Source: a virus
Length of the DNA stretch: 20,646 nt
Strand: one strand, 5' to 3'
IMG/VR virus record: IMGVR_UViG_3300031555_002240
A program made the translations under genes and the position numbers. The notes below the pieces were generated by a model. That model was not told the origin of the DNA. It was given only the letters and a program-made list of their open reading frames with translations, and searched no databases. This document shows, in pieces, positions 1 through 7,981 of this stretch (the stretch's first letter is position 1; each line of letters starts with the position of its first letter).

Positions 1-71
1 TTTTTTACCACGTCAGTTGCAATCTGAATAAGAGTGCTACAGTAATTGTTGACAATATTGTTGCTTGCCAT
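1..71 (-). CDS. Hypothetical protein; only the N-terminus lies in the window (MASNNIVNNYCSTLIQIATDVVK...) and the gene runs off the left edge
   Basis: ATG at 71 (minus) sits 8 nt after an AAAGGAA SD. An in-frame alternative ATG at 89 lies inside the leader motif. A sigma70-like promoter lies directly upstream. The frame stays open to position 1. Confidence 0.4.
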   Translation of the reverse strand, partial: MASNNIVNNYCSTLIQIATDVVK

Positions 72-88
72 ATTGGTTATTCCTTTCA

Positions 89-105
89 TTAATTTTGTAC
101 TGTTA
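89..105 (-). promoter_or_regulatory. Instance a of the conserved leader motif TAACAGTACAAAATTAA (minus-strand sense)
   Basis: Plus strand reads ttaattttgtactgtta. It lies between the -10 and the SD of the left-edge gene. Confidence 0.5.
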
Positions 106-132
106 TTATAGCAGATATTTCTAGTTTGTCAA
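104..132 (-). promoter_or_regulatory. Sigma70-type promoter: TTGACA, 16 nt spacer, TATAAT
   Basis: The minus strand has TTGACA at 132..127 and TATAAT at 110..105 with a 16-nt spacer. It sits between the ligase terminator and the left-edge gene. Confidence 0.65.
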
Positions 133-143
133 GTGTAAATTAA

Positions 144-170
144 GGGCACACAGCGAACCGTGTGCCCTTT
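144..170 (-). terminator. Rho-independent terminator hairpin downstream of the DNA ligase gene
   Basis: GGGCACAC at 144..151 pairs with GTGTGCCC at 160..167 around an 8-nt loop, giving an 8-bp GC-rich stem flanked by T/A runs on both strands. It starts 8 nt after the ligase stop. Confidence 0.65.
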
Positions 171-174
171 CCAA

Positions 175-2103
175 TTAACCCAACATCTTCATTAATTCTT
201 CTTCATTTGCAACTCTAACACCAAGCTGCTGTGCCTTTGTGAGCTTACTGCCAGCTTTTTCTCCTGCGAAAATAATGTCTAGGTTCTTGCTTACGGAGCT
301 AATAAACCTGGCTCCTTTCGCCTCTAGCGCCTTCTTAAGACCATCTCTTGACTGGCTAAACGATCCAGTGATGCAGAACTTTAATCCTTCTAGCGAGTTG
401 TCACTATACTCCTCTTGGAGTACAAAATTCATTTCTTCTGCAAGATCATTGACTTCTCTCCACCATTCATCTAGATAAGTGTCTAAATTCTGCGCCATTG
501 TTGGACCAAAATCCTCAAGATTTGTCCAGTCAAATCCTTGTTCAAATAGTTGATAAAACTTATCGTAACTGCCGTCGCAATGCTTAGAAATGGTTTTAGA
601 TGCAGTCAAGCCAATATTAGGAATACCAAGTGCAGCAATAAAGTTTTCTAGCTTAACATTTCTTGAATCTTCAATGGATTTTAGCAGTTTTTCGATAGAT
701 TTTTTACCAAAACCATCTAGATGAACAAGATCATTATAGTGATCAGAAAGATGGTAAATACCCTTGAAATTGTGGACAAATCCGTGCGAGAGAAGATCCT
801 GAAGGGTTGCCTCTGATAAGTTTTTAATATCCATACCCTTTTTAGAAACAAAATGAGTAAACTGCGCAAGCTTCTTTCCAGCGCATTCAGGATCTGTACA
901 GATTAGCACTTCGGATTCATTGTCTTTTTTGATAGCAGTTGCTCCTCCACAAACAGGGCATTTAGAAGGCCAGCTAAACGTATCACCCTCTTCTACGCAT
1001 TCAATAATTTGAGGAATAATTTGCATGGCTTTAATAACTTTTACTTGCGCACCAACGCCAAGTTTCAGGTTTTTACAGTAGCTAATGTTATGGCAACTTG
1101 CTTTAGACACATCTGTATTATCCAAAACTATGCTATCAAAGTGTGCTACTGGTGTAAGCTGGCCGCTTTTACCCATGCTAAATTCAAAACCTCGAATTGT
1201 TGTTTCTTCTGCATCTTGTGCAAATTTATACGCCTTGCTGTGCCTTGGAAATTTTGATGTGGCTCCCAAACTATCCCAAATAGAAGTATCATCGATTGCT
1301 ATACAAATGCCATCATAAGGATGCGACAATTTATTTGCGCTATTTTTTAACATAGAAATGCAATTGCTAATATAATTATTATCAACATATACCCAAGGCA
1401 CTACATCAAATCCTAACTCGTACAGTTCTTGTAGTCTTTCTCCATAAGAAACTTTATTTGATCCTTGGACAAACTTCCATGCTATAAAATTTAGCTGACG
1501 CTTTTTTGCCTCGTTTGGGTCTAGTAAAGAAACAGATCCGCTGGCAACTGCACGTGGGTGCTTGTAAGGAACTTCTAGCTTTGAGTTCAGTCTATCGAAA
1601 TTAGAGAATGTACAAATCGCCTCGCCGTCTATGATAAACTCTTTACCGTCTGTATTGATATGTGTCGGTATATTGGAAAAAACACATAAATTTGCTGTAA
1701 TATCAGTACCCACTTGTCCATTGCCCCTAGTTGCAATGCTTTCAATGTCTCCATCAGAATTGTAAATAATACGAATGGAAAGACCATCTTCCTTGAGAGA
1801 CATTACAGCTTTACTGTCTCCAACAAAATCAAGAATTTCCTTTTCAGTTGTAATTTTATCAAGACTGAGCATAGGAAATTTGTGTGTAATTTTAGGTAGT
1901 GCACTATTGACTTCATAGCCAACCCTAAGAGAAGGAGATGACGACATTTTATAATTGGTTTCCTGCTCCAACTTAATTAATTCATCATACAAAGTATCAT
2001 ACTCAGTATCAGAGATTAATCCCTGTCCATTATAATATGCGTCACAATATTTATTGCACAACACAGTCAATTCTTTTATTCTATCAATCTTTTGCTTGTC
2101 CAT
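175..2103 (-). CDS. ligA: NAD-dependent DNA ligase (LigA family)
   Basis: The 642-aa product has the KxDG adenylation motif (SLKEDGLS), a Cys4 zinc finger (CPVCGG...CTDPEC), an HhH region and a C-terminal BRCT-like segment (KFCITGSFS). The N-terminal Ia-domain pattern (YYNG...DTEYD) is typical of NAD ligases. A GGAG SD lies 7 nt before ATG 2103. Confidence 0.9.
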   Translation of the reverse strand: MDKQKIDRIKELTVLCNKYCDAYYNGQGLISDTEYDTLYDELIKLEQETNYKMSSSPSLRVGYEVNSALPKITHKFPMLSLDKITTEKEILDFVGDSKAVMSLKEDGLSIRIIYNSDGDIESIATRGNGQVGTDITANLCVFSNIPTHINTDGKEFIIDGEAICTFSNFDRLNSKLEVPYKHPRAVASGSVSLLDPNEAKKRQLNFIAWKFVQGSNKVSYGERLQELYELGFDVVPWVYVDNNYISNCISMLKNSANKLSHPYDGICIAIDDTSIWDSLGATSKFPRHSKAYKFAQDAEETTIRGFEFSMGKSGQLTPVAHFDSIVLDNTDVSKASCHNISYCKNLKLGVGAQVKVIKAMQIIPQIIECVEEGDTFSWPSKCPVCGGATAIKKDNESEVLICTDPECAGKKLAQFTHFVSKKGMDIKNLSEATLQDLLSHGFVHNFKGIYHLSDHYNDLVHLDGFGKKSIEKLLKSIEDSRNVKLENFIAALGIPNIGLTASKTISKHCDGSYDKFYQLFEQGFDWTNLEDFGPTMAQNLDTYLDEWWREVNDLAEEMNFVLQEEYSDNSLEGLKFCITGSFSQSRDGLKKALEAKGARFISSVSKNLDIIFAGEKAGSKLTKAQQLGVRVANEEELMKMLG

Positions 2104-2998
2104 CTTCTTTCTCCTTCATATGTTTGATAATTTTTTGCATTTTATTGAGCCAAAACGAGGTGTTATAATCTAATTTCATTCTATTACATGTTTCACAACA
2201 CGGAAGCACATTCTCTATATCATATCCTTTTGATGAATCTACCCTATCAATTCCAGAATATGGTTCGTCAAAATATTGCTTTTCATATTCTCCACAATAA
2301 TAACATGGCTTTTGTGTTATAATATCAAATTCGTCTTGTGATAACAGAAAGTCTAATCCTCGACTCCTTGCACCTCTTTTGTAAGTATTATATCTACCTG
2401 TAAAAGAATGTACGGAACAATATTTGCATGTACCATGATATCCATCTGCTGTGCTGCTGTTTTTATAAAAATTATCTATACTAAGCATTCTTTTGCACAG
2501 ACAACAAATTTTGCCGACAATATTTTTATCTTCATCGTATTCTCTTAATGATTCATTAAGTTGTGAAATTTTTTCTTTATGGACACATCCGCAACTTGTT
2601 GTAGCCCCATATGAAAGACTTGCTCCAAGAATATCTTTTTCATTGCCACACTCGCACGAACAGTGCCACATCATTTTATGAGTTCCATCATCTTCTATTT
2701 TATCGTCTGCTTGATATAAAACAGTTAATCTACCAAACACCATGCCTGTAAGATCTTTGAACGCCATATTGCGAGCAACTTCCTTTTGGAAACATCCGCA
2801 GCTTTTTGCAGATCCACTTCTTATGTTGCCACCTGGCGAAACAAATATATTTCCACATTCACATTTGCATTCCCATTGAGCTACACGATATCCTTTTGGA
2901 CTAACATAGTCATCAACCCTACGCAACACTGTAATTTTGCTATCAGGAATGCCATGTTCTTTCATAATCCAGCCAGCCATGTCTACAAATTTACCCAT
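2084..2998 (-). CDS. HNH homing endonuclease with two N-terminal Cys-rich zinc repeats
   Basis: Two repeats of the form W.C.CECGN...SCGC are present. The C-terminal HNH motif is YYCGE...GIDRVDSSKGYDIENVLPCCETCNRMK. The gene overlaps the ligA start by 20 nt, and no SD precedes ATG 2998. Confidence 0.8.
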   Translation of the reverse strand: MGKFVDMAGWIMKEHGIPDSKITVLRRVDDYVSPKGYRVAQWECKCECGNIFVSPGGNIRSGSAKSCGCFQKEVARNMAFKDLTGMVFGRLTVLYQADDKIEDDGTHKMMWHCSCECGNEKDILGASLSYGATTSCGCVHKEKISQLNESLREYDEDKNIVGKICCLCKRMLSIDNFYKNSSTADGYHGTCKYCSVHSFTGRYNTYKRGARSRGLDFLLSQDEFDIITQKPCYYCGEYEKQYFDEPYSGIDRVDSSKGYDIENVLPCCETCNRMKLDYNTSFWLNKMQKIIKHMKEKEDGQAKD

Positions 2999-3066
2999 AA
3001 ACTATTTATAAATAATTGAACCACTTTGTATCTTTTACATTATTTATTAAACCTCCTCAATATGTA

Positions 3067-3083
3067 TTAATTTTGTATTGTTA
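3067..3083 (-). promoter_or_regulatory. Instance b of the conserved leader motif GATAACAATACAAAATTAA
   Basis: The TAA stop of the 3081..3428 gene is embedded in the motif. It is followed by a GAGGAGG SD. Confidence 0.5.
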
Positions 3084-3428
3084 TCTTCTACATCTTACAC
3101 TTCCACTGCAATCAATATCACCTGAGACATTACCACAAGTCACAGATCCACTTGCATCAATGTCGCCATTAACATTGCCATCCACTTTACAAGACCCGCT
3201 ACAATCAATGGAACCACAATTGCCATGCACTTCAACAGAGCCAGCGCAGTCAACCTTATTTACGTCACCATATACAACCACTTTGATGTCACGTTCAATA
3301 CTGGATTGAATCACTTTTCCATCGATTATAACTTCGCCGTTCTGGATAGAAATATTTCTTCCAGTACAATCAATAGATTTACCGTTAATAACAACTCTAT
3401 TAAAACTGTTAGTTCTACCAAAAATCAC
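3081..3428 (-). CDS. Cys-rich beta-helical repeat protein, bactofilin-like (DUF583-like)
   Basis: The 115-aa product carries a repeating unit (V/I)DC(A/S)GSV...GN(V/C)xG(D)I of about 15-16 aa, with 11 Cys. The GTG start overlaps the TGA of the upstream gene (GTGA), and a GGAGGG SD lies 8 nt upstream. Confidence 0.45.
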   Translation of the reverse strand: MIFGRTNSFNRVVINGKSIDCTGRNISIQNGEVIIDGKVIQSSIERDIKVVVYGDVNKVDCAGSVEVHGNCGSIDCSGSCKVDGNVNGDIDASGSVTCGNVSGDIDCSGSVRCRR

Positions 3429-3871
3429 TGAAGCATCCCTCCAAGAACTTTATTAACGGCACCCATATCAGCCTTGCCCTTTAGCACAGGCGCAAGAATC
3501 TTCATAAGGACACCTCTGTTTGACTTTGAGAATTCATGTTCATTATTAATAATATCAAGAATTAGATATCGAATTTCAGTTTCGTCAGTAATTAAACTAG
3601 GCGCAAATTCTGCAACAACTGTCATCTGTGCCTTATACTCTTCAAGAGTTTCAATGCGATCAGCGGGGCAAGTGTCAATCTGCTCCTGAACCATTTTTTT
3701 ATACTTTAACAGAACTTCATCAACAAGCGGTTCTGTAATCTCAACACGACCATTATTGGTCATAGACGCCTTCTTTACTGCATCAATCATGCCAGAAAGA
3801 ACTGACTTGCGCAGCTTATCTTTGTTTTTCATGGCCTGAACCATTTCAGACTGTAGTTTTTCTAGTGTCAT
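3425..3871 (-). CDS. GatB/YqeY domain protein
   Basis: The 148-aa product has the N-terminal MK..DKL.K..L pattern and the C-terminal VLKGKADMGAVNKVLGGM pattern characteristic of YqeY/GatB C-terminal domain proteins. A GAGGTG SD precedes ATG 3871. Confidence 0.75.
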   Translation of the reverse strand: MTLEKLQSEMVQAMKNKDKLRKSVLSGMIDAVKKASMTNNGRVEITEPLVDEVLLKYKKMVQEQIDTCPADRIETLEEYKAQMTVVAEFAPSLITDETEIRYLILDIINNEHEFSKSNRGVLMKILAPVLKGKADMGAVNKVLGGMLQ

Positions 3872-3888
3872 TATTAATCACCTCTATA

Positions 3889-3905
3889 TTAATTTTGTTC
3901 TGTTA
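3889..3905 (-). promoter_or_regulatory. Instance c of the conserved leader motif TTAACAGAACAAAATTAA
   Basis: The stop codon of the 3903..4454 gene is embedded in the motif. An SD and the YqeY start follow. Confidence 0.5.
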
Positions 3906-4454
3906 ATATCTCATTCTTTTTTCAATTTCTTCATTAATAATATGTTGCAAACTCACTCCGCCGTAATAAGGTGTTGCGTCCATTACATTACCAACAAGTC
4001 TCTCTCTAATTCTATTTTTCATGTCTTCTTTATAACCGTTAATAGAATAATCAACCAATTCATTTGCAATCTGTTCAATCTTTTCTTGATAATCAGACGT
4101 TGCAATAATTTCTTCAACTTTCTTAGTTAGCTCTTCTCTAATTCTATTATTGAATTGCTTTTGAATAAGCTCACCAATTGTCATATCATTTGTTTTATAA
4201 TTGCCCCACTGATTCTTTTCACGCTCTTTGACATATGCGACCATCTTTGTGTCATACTGACTGGTATCATAATTGAATACACTTTGTCTCTTCTTAACAA
4301 AGAAATCTTTAGTAATAAAATCCATAATAGTCTGCATATCTTCTTCTGAAATTTGAGCAATGTACTGGTCAACAATTTTTTGACCAAGAATCTGGGAGAT
4401 GTCAATATTAATGCCCATCATTTCAAGCTTTCCATCTTTAATTTGTTCACTCAT
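3903..4454 (-). CDS. Hypothetical protein (183 aa, acidic, predicted helical)
   Basis: This is a long ORF with an AAGGAG SD 9 nt before ATG 4454. It is coupled to the upstream PARP-like gene, whose stop overlaps the SD. No recognisable motifs were found. Confidence 0.5.
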   Translation of the reverse strand: MSEQIKDGKLEMMGINIDISQILGQKIVDQYIAQISEEDMQTIMDFITKDFFVKKRQSVFNYDTSQYDTKMVAYVKEREKNQWGNYKTNDMTIGELIQKQFNNRIREELTKKVEEIIATSDYQEKIEQIANELVDYSINGYKEDMKNRIRERLVGNVMDATPYYGGVSLQHIINEEIEKRMRY

Positions 4455-4467
4455 TTATGTCAACTCC

Positions 4468-5688
4468 TTAATTACCAATCTCAATCAAATACTTAATAGT
4501 CATCTGCTCTTCCTTATAAACAACAATCTCGTCATTTCGTAGCATGCCTCTATCAGCATGTGCATGCAGACAATTTGCACCGGGTTTAAACTGCTGAAGT
4601 CTATTATAATCAAGGTTATAATACTTGCTATCAAAGTTATAAACATCGTAAGGAGTGCCATAAGCAACATCGAACAATGCCATGTAGGCAGTGTTGTTAC
4701 CACCGTGTGCCCAATAGGAACCAGACAGAGAAGTGTATCCAATGCTCTTTGCGCACTTGGGGGCATAGTAGCAGCCATAACCAAACATCTTACCAGTGAT
4801 AACTGCATTTGTAGGTCTTAGCACCAGTCCAGTCTTAATAATAGACCAGAAGTTTTCACTACGACTGCCATGGAATAGTAGTCTAGTATCCTTGATATTG
4901 TTATCTGCTACGAACTTGTCAAAGCGATCCTGCGTCTTTAGATTGGTGACTCTCCAAGCCTTTCTAAACTTTCCTGCAGATTCATTCATCAAAGTCTTAA
5001 TCATAGCAACATCATCAGCTGTAGTCTCTTCCATGACAAGACCAAGCTCTTCAAGAATAGTTTGCTGTTTCTTTTCTACAGTCTCGACAGGCTCATCATC
5101 CTGTTTGACATAAATCTGACCACGCATAACGTCAAGTAGATCCTGCTCCTTAGAAATAATTGTAGCAAAGTCTTCAGGCTTATTAGCAAGGTAATCTCTT
5201 ACATTGCCCATCTTTCTAGGAATGACAGTGAACAGCTTGAGCAGATTATCATTAAACTCTTCAATGGTAGAACTATAGTTTGCCAGAGCGTCAATAATTT
5301 TCTGTGCAGCATCAACCATATCCTGAGTAACAGAAGATGCCTTGACAGTGTAATTCTTACGAATGGTTTCACGAGCCATATTCTGTAGCTTTTCAACAAT
5401 TGCTCTGATAGCGGCGTTCTCAATTTCCTTATAAGGACTCTCAGGATTTGCAGAGGAAATTTCCTGTACCAAATCCTTTTTCAAGTCTGTAACATCCTGA
5501 TAGCCCTTCTTGAGCTTGCTTGCAATTTGTGCGTTCCATTTGGACATAGGATAAGTTCTAGTAGTCTTAGTGGCATCGACACGTCCGTACTCGACTCTGA
5601 ACATATCTCCTTCAGGAAAAAGGTTGTAATACTTATTGTTATTTGCAGTGGTGACCATGATAAGGTAGGTCGGCCTTACTTCTGCCAT
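4468..5688 (-). CDS. PARP2/3-like ADP-ribosyltransferase with WGR, helical regulatory and H-Y-E ART catalytic domains
   Basis: The N-terminal WGR-type segment is KYYNLF...MFRVEYGRVDA...SKLKKGY. The catalytic signature is LLFHGSRSENFWSIIKTGLVLRP...ITGKMFGYGCYYA...NDEIVVY. This is nearly colinear with PARP1 (LLWHGSR..NFAGILSQGLRIAP..TGYMFGKGIYFA..YNEYIVY). The H, Y and E triad is intact. A GGAGG SD lies 8 nt before ATG 5688, and an alternative TTG at 5703 is possible. Confidence 0.85.
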   Translation of the reverse strand: MAEVRPTYLIMVTTANNNKYYNLFPEGDMFRVEYGRVDATKTTRTYPMSKWNAQIASKLKKGYQDVTDLKKDLVQEISSANPESPYKEIENAAIRAIVEKLQNMARETIRKNYTVKASSVTQDMVDAAQKIIDALANYSSTIEEFNDNLLKLFTVIPRKMGNVRDYLANKPEDFATIISKEQDLLDVMRGQIYVKQDDEPVETVEKKQQTILEELGLVMEETTADDVAMIKTLMNESAGKFRKAWRVTNLKTQDRFDKFVADNNIKDTRLLFHGSRSENFWSIIKTGLVLRPTNAVITGKMFGYGCYYAPKCAKSIGYTSLSGSYWAHGGNNTAYMALFDVAYGTPYDVYNFDSKYYNLDYNRLQQFKPGANCLHAHADRGMLRNDEIVVYKEEQMTIKYLIEIGN

Positions 5689-5703
5689 AATTAATTCCTC
5701 CAA

Positions 5704-6129
5704 TTAAATCTCACAAATCACAATGTCAACGTCCATATCTTCAAACACTTCGCAGATAATGTCATAAACCTGGTCCCAAGAAAGCTTGTCTAGGCCACAA
5801 CCAATACGGGGCATAGCCAGCTTAGTGGCACCTAGAAAATCTAGCTGTTCCTTCATCATCTCAAGTGCCTCTCTCAGAGATTCGTAGGTGGGCTTATGCC
5901 AGCACTTTCTCTTAGTAACAAGATTAAATACATTATCAATTAGAATTGCATCACCACAATTGTATTCATAATCAGGATAGCTTCTAAATAGCTTAAATCT
6001 CATGTTGTAAACAGTGTCAAAAGTCTTTGCAATGCCAGCGCCAAGAGCGAAGTCTGCGCTGATACAGTGGGCTAGATAGTAGCCCTGAGCCATAGTGAAT
6101 AGATCCTTCTGTACAGTAGTAATAGTCAT
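5704..6129 (-). CDS. TARG1/DarG-like macrodomain (ADP-ribose glycohydrolase, the eraser)
   Basis: The 141-aa product has AHCISADFALGAGIA...WHKPTYESL...MPRIGCGLDKLSW, which aligns to the TARG1/OARD1 core. The catalytic Lys in HKPTYE and Asp in GCGLD are conserved. A GGAG SD lies 9 nt before the ATG. Its stop is 15 nt before the PARP-like start. Confidence 0.85.
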   Translation of the reverse strand: MTITTVQKDLFTMAQGYYLAHCISADFALGAGIAKTFDTVYNMRFKLFRSYPDYEYNCGDAILIDNVFNLVTKRKCWHKPTYESLREALEMMKEQLDFLGATKLAMPRIGCGLDKLSWDQVYDIICEVFEDMDVDIVICEI

Positions 6130-6148
6130 ATTGTTTTCTCCTTTATAA

Positions 6149-6165
6149 TTAATTTTGTATTGTTA
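6149..6165 (-). promoter_or_regulatory. Instance d of the conserved leader motif TTAACAATACAAAATTAA
   Basis: The stop codon of the RecJ-like gene is embedded in the motif. An AAGGAG SD and the macrodomain start follow. Confidence 0.5.
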
Positions 6166-7950
6166 ATTTATAATTTCACTATTTTCAATAATGAACTGAG
6201 CTGTTCGCACTCCCTGGAACTCATTAATTCCAACTGTGCCTACTACGTTAATAGTAATTTTGTCATTGCTGTTCCTATCCCATGCAGATGCCCATTCAAG
6301 CAATGGGTCGTCTTCTTTCATATTAAATTTCACAAATTTGATGTCATTATTTATAAAGCTTATGCTATTAAAGCTTTTGCCTTGAATACGGACTTCTTCA
6401 CGACAAATTGCAATATTTTCAACTGCAACTTTTGGCTCCTTAATACCAGTTCCCCATAGCCAATTATATTGGTCTACTGTTTGGATAAAACCAATATCAA
6501 GTTCGTCAACATCAAATATAAAATCACATGGAATTGTGGGATTGAAATCTACTAAACTTAAAAGCTCTGCAAATTTATTTTTTGCTTCATTTACATTCTC
6601 TCGTTTGATTGCAAGACCAGCCGCATTGCCATGACCAGAACAGAAAATAAAAGAGTTGGTTTTTAGAATTAAATCCTTCAGATCTGGTATAGGACTGCCA
6701 TCATAATTACGACAGCTTCCACTTAGGATTTTTTCGCCATCTTTAATAATTTCCTTAACAATAATTACTGGTCGTTTCAATGTGTCAGCCAGCTTCATAG
6801 CGCTTAGACCAACTAATCCAGTAGTTGCTTGCTGTGATTCAAGGAAAATAACTTTTTCGTTTAAGTCTGCTTGGTCTCGCAACTCATTAAATACTTTGTC
6901 TCTTTGTTTATCCTGTCTGCTCTTTGCGTTCTTAGCGATTCTAGCAGCTCTGTCATAGATGCTTTCATCTACCAATCCAACTCCACGCTTATCATAAGCA
7001 AAAGTTTCATCCGATTCTATCATTGCTCTAAAAACCAGTTCACGTTCCTCAGGAGTGCCAATTCTAGTGATAGAATTAATAACTGGTGCTATATACCAAG
7101 CAATATTATGAACTGTAATCTCGCCATGCATACTGTACTCTTGCGCTTTTGCTAGAGATACAAGAAATTTATTTTTAAAATTGGAAATGCCTTGGTTTAT
7201 AAAATATCTTGTTTCAAAATTGCGAATATCCATAACATCAGCAACGTTGCCAACAAAACACAAGTCTAAGAAGTTATCTGCGTAATCTTCCCACATCTCT
7301 TCATCTAACGCTTGAAGAAATCTATACACAACTCCTGCGCCAGACAAATCTTTGTTGTTATATTCTGAGCTCAGCTGATTATTAACAATAATAGCATTAT
7401 TATATTCTGCTGTTTGATAGTTAACCTCTTCTTCGGATTCATCTTGATAGTTTGCATCGTGGTGATCCAAAATTATAACGTCAATACCTTTTTCAATAAG
7501 TATATTGCATTCATTTGCGTCATTTGTTCCTGCATCTGCCATAATCAACAGCTTTGTGTTGTCTGGGATTTTCGTATATTCATTGCCACCCAAACCATGC
7601 ATTTTAGGTCTAGAGTGCATTACATAAAAGATAGGATAATCTGGATCTAGCGCTTTAACATATAAGTACAACATTGCAGACGATGTATAGCCGTCACAGT
7701 CTTCGTCTGGCATTATAACAATTTTATCGTATGCTTCGTAATGCTTTATAAAGCATTGTACTGCTTTTTGCATATTAGATAGTCCATTATAATCTTGTAC
7801 AACAGCACTGGTTAAATGTAAATATGTATTAGGGTCTTTGATTCCCCTGTTATTTAAAATTGTTTCTATTACATTACTGGTATTATTAGTGCCTATTAGT
7901 TCATATTTCAAATACCGCCACTCCTTTCTAGCATCGTTATTATACAGCAT
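6163..7950 (-). CDS. RecJ-like DHH/DHHA1 family phosphoesterase (ssDNA exonuclease or nanoRNase-like)
   Basis: Motifs present are PDEDCDG (DHH motif I), ILDHHD (DHH motif III) and CSGHGNAAG (DHHA1). ATG 7950 forms the end of the leader motif and has no SD. An alternative TTG start at 7911 has an AAGGAG SD 9 nt upstream and lies downstream of an embedded consensus promoter. The longest-ORF start at 8007 lies inside the terminator hairpin and was rejected. Confidence 0.75.
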   Translation of the reverse strand: MLYNNDARKEWRYLKYELIGTNNTSNVIETILNNRGIKDPNTYLHLTSAVVQDYNGLSNMQKAVQCFIKHYEAYDKIVIMPDEDCDGYTSSAMLYLYVKALDPDYPIFYVMHSRPKMHGLGGNEYTKIPDNTKLLIMADAGTNDANECNILIEKGIDVIILDHHDANYQDESEEEVNYQTAEYNNAIIVNNQLSSEYNNKDLSGAGVVYRFLQALDEEMWEDYADNFLDLCFVGNVADVMDIRNFETRYFINQGISNFKNKFLVSLAKAQEYSMHGEITVHNIAWYIAPVINSITRIGTPEERELVFRAMIESDETFAYDKRGVGLVDESIYDRAARIAKNAKSRQDKQRDKVFNELRDQADLNEKVIFLESQQATTGLVGLSAMKLADTLKRPVIIVKEIIKDGEKILSGSCRNYDGSPIPDLKDLILKTNSFIFCSGHGNAAGLAIKRENVNEAKNKFAELLSLVDFNPTIPCDFIFDVDELDIGFIQTVDQYNWLWGTGIKEPKVAVENIAICREEVRIQGKSFNSISFINNDIKFVKFNMKEDDPLLEWASAWDRNSNDKITINVVGTVGINEFQGVRTAQFIIENSEIIN

Positions 7951-7967
7951 TAATTTTGTATTGTCAA
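7939..7967 (-). promoter_or_regulatory. Sigma70 consensus promoter (TTGACA, 17 nt spacer, TATAAT) overlapping leader-motif instance e
   Basis: The minus strand has TTGACA at 7967..7962 and TATAAT at 7944..7939. The -35 hexamer is the 5' end of the leader motif TTGACAATACAAAATTAATG. An AAGGAG SD lies at 7926..7921. Confidence 0.5.
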
Positions 7968-7981
7968 TTGGACAACATGAA

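Noticed and set aside
239-478. Plus-strand ORFs, e.g. 239..478, 1009..1257, 1085..1318, 7838..8254, 12072..12401, 12408..12734, 15183..15578, 18248..18709 and 19607..19813
   Set aside because: All lie antisense within well-supported minus-strand genes. They lack SDs, have low-complexity or hydrophobic compositions typical of antisense frames of AT-rich coding DNA, and carry no recognisable motifs.
3031-3060. Possible tiny gene at the strong GAGGAGG SD upstream of the HNH gene
   Set aside because: The ATG is immediately followed by TAA, so the ORF is one codon. It is interpreted as a start remnant or reinitiation site and is reported as a finding, not a gene.
4500-4808. Minus-strand ORFs nested in other frames, e.g. 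4500..4808, 4181..4405, 5199..5423, 10781..11014, 11524..11772, 15038..15463 and 20138..20380
   Set aside because: They overlap confidently assigned genes (PARP-like, SleB-like, Thg1-like, RNA ligase, primase-like) in alternative frames and have no SD or conserved motifs.
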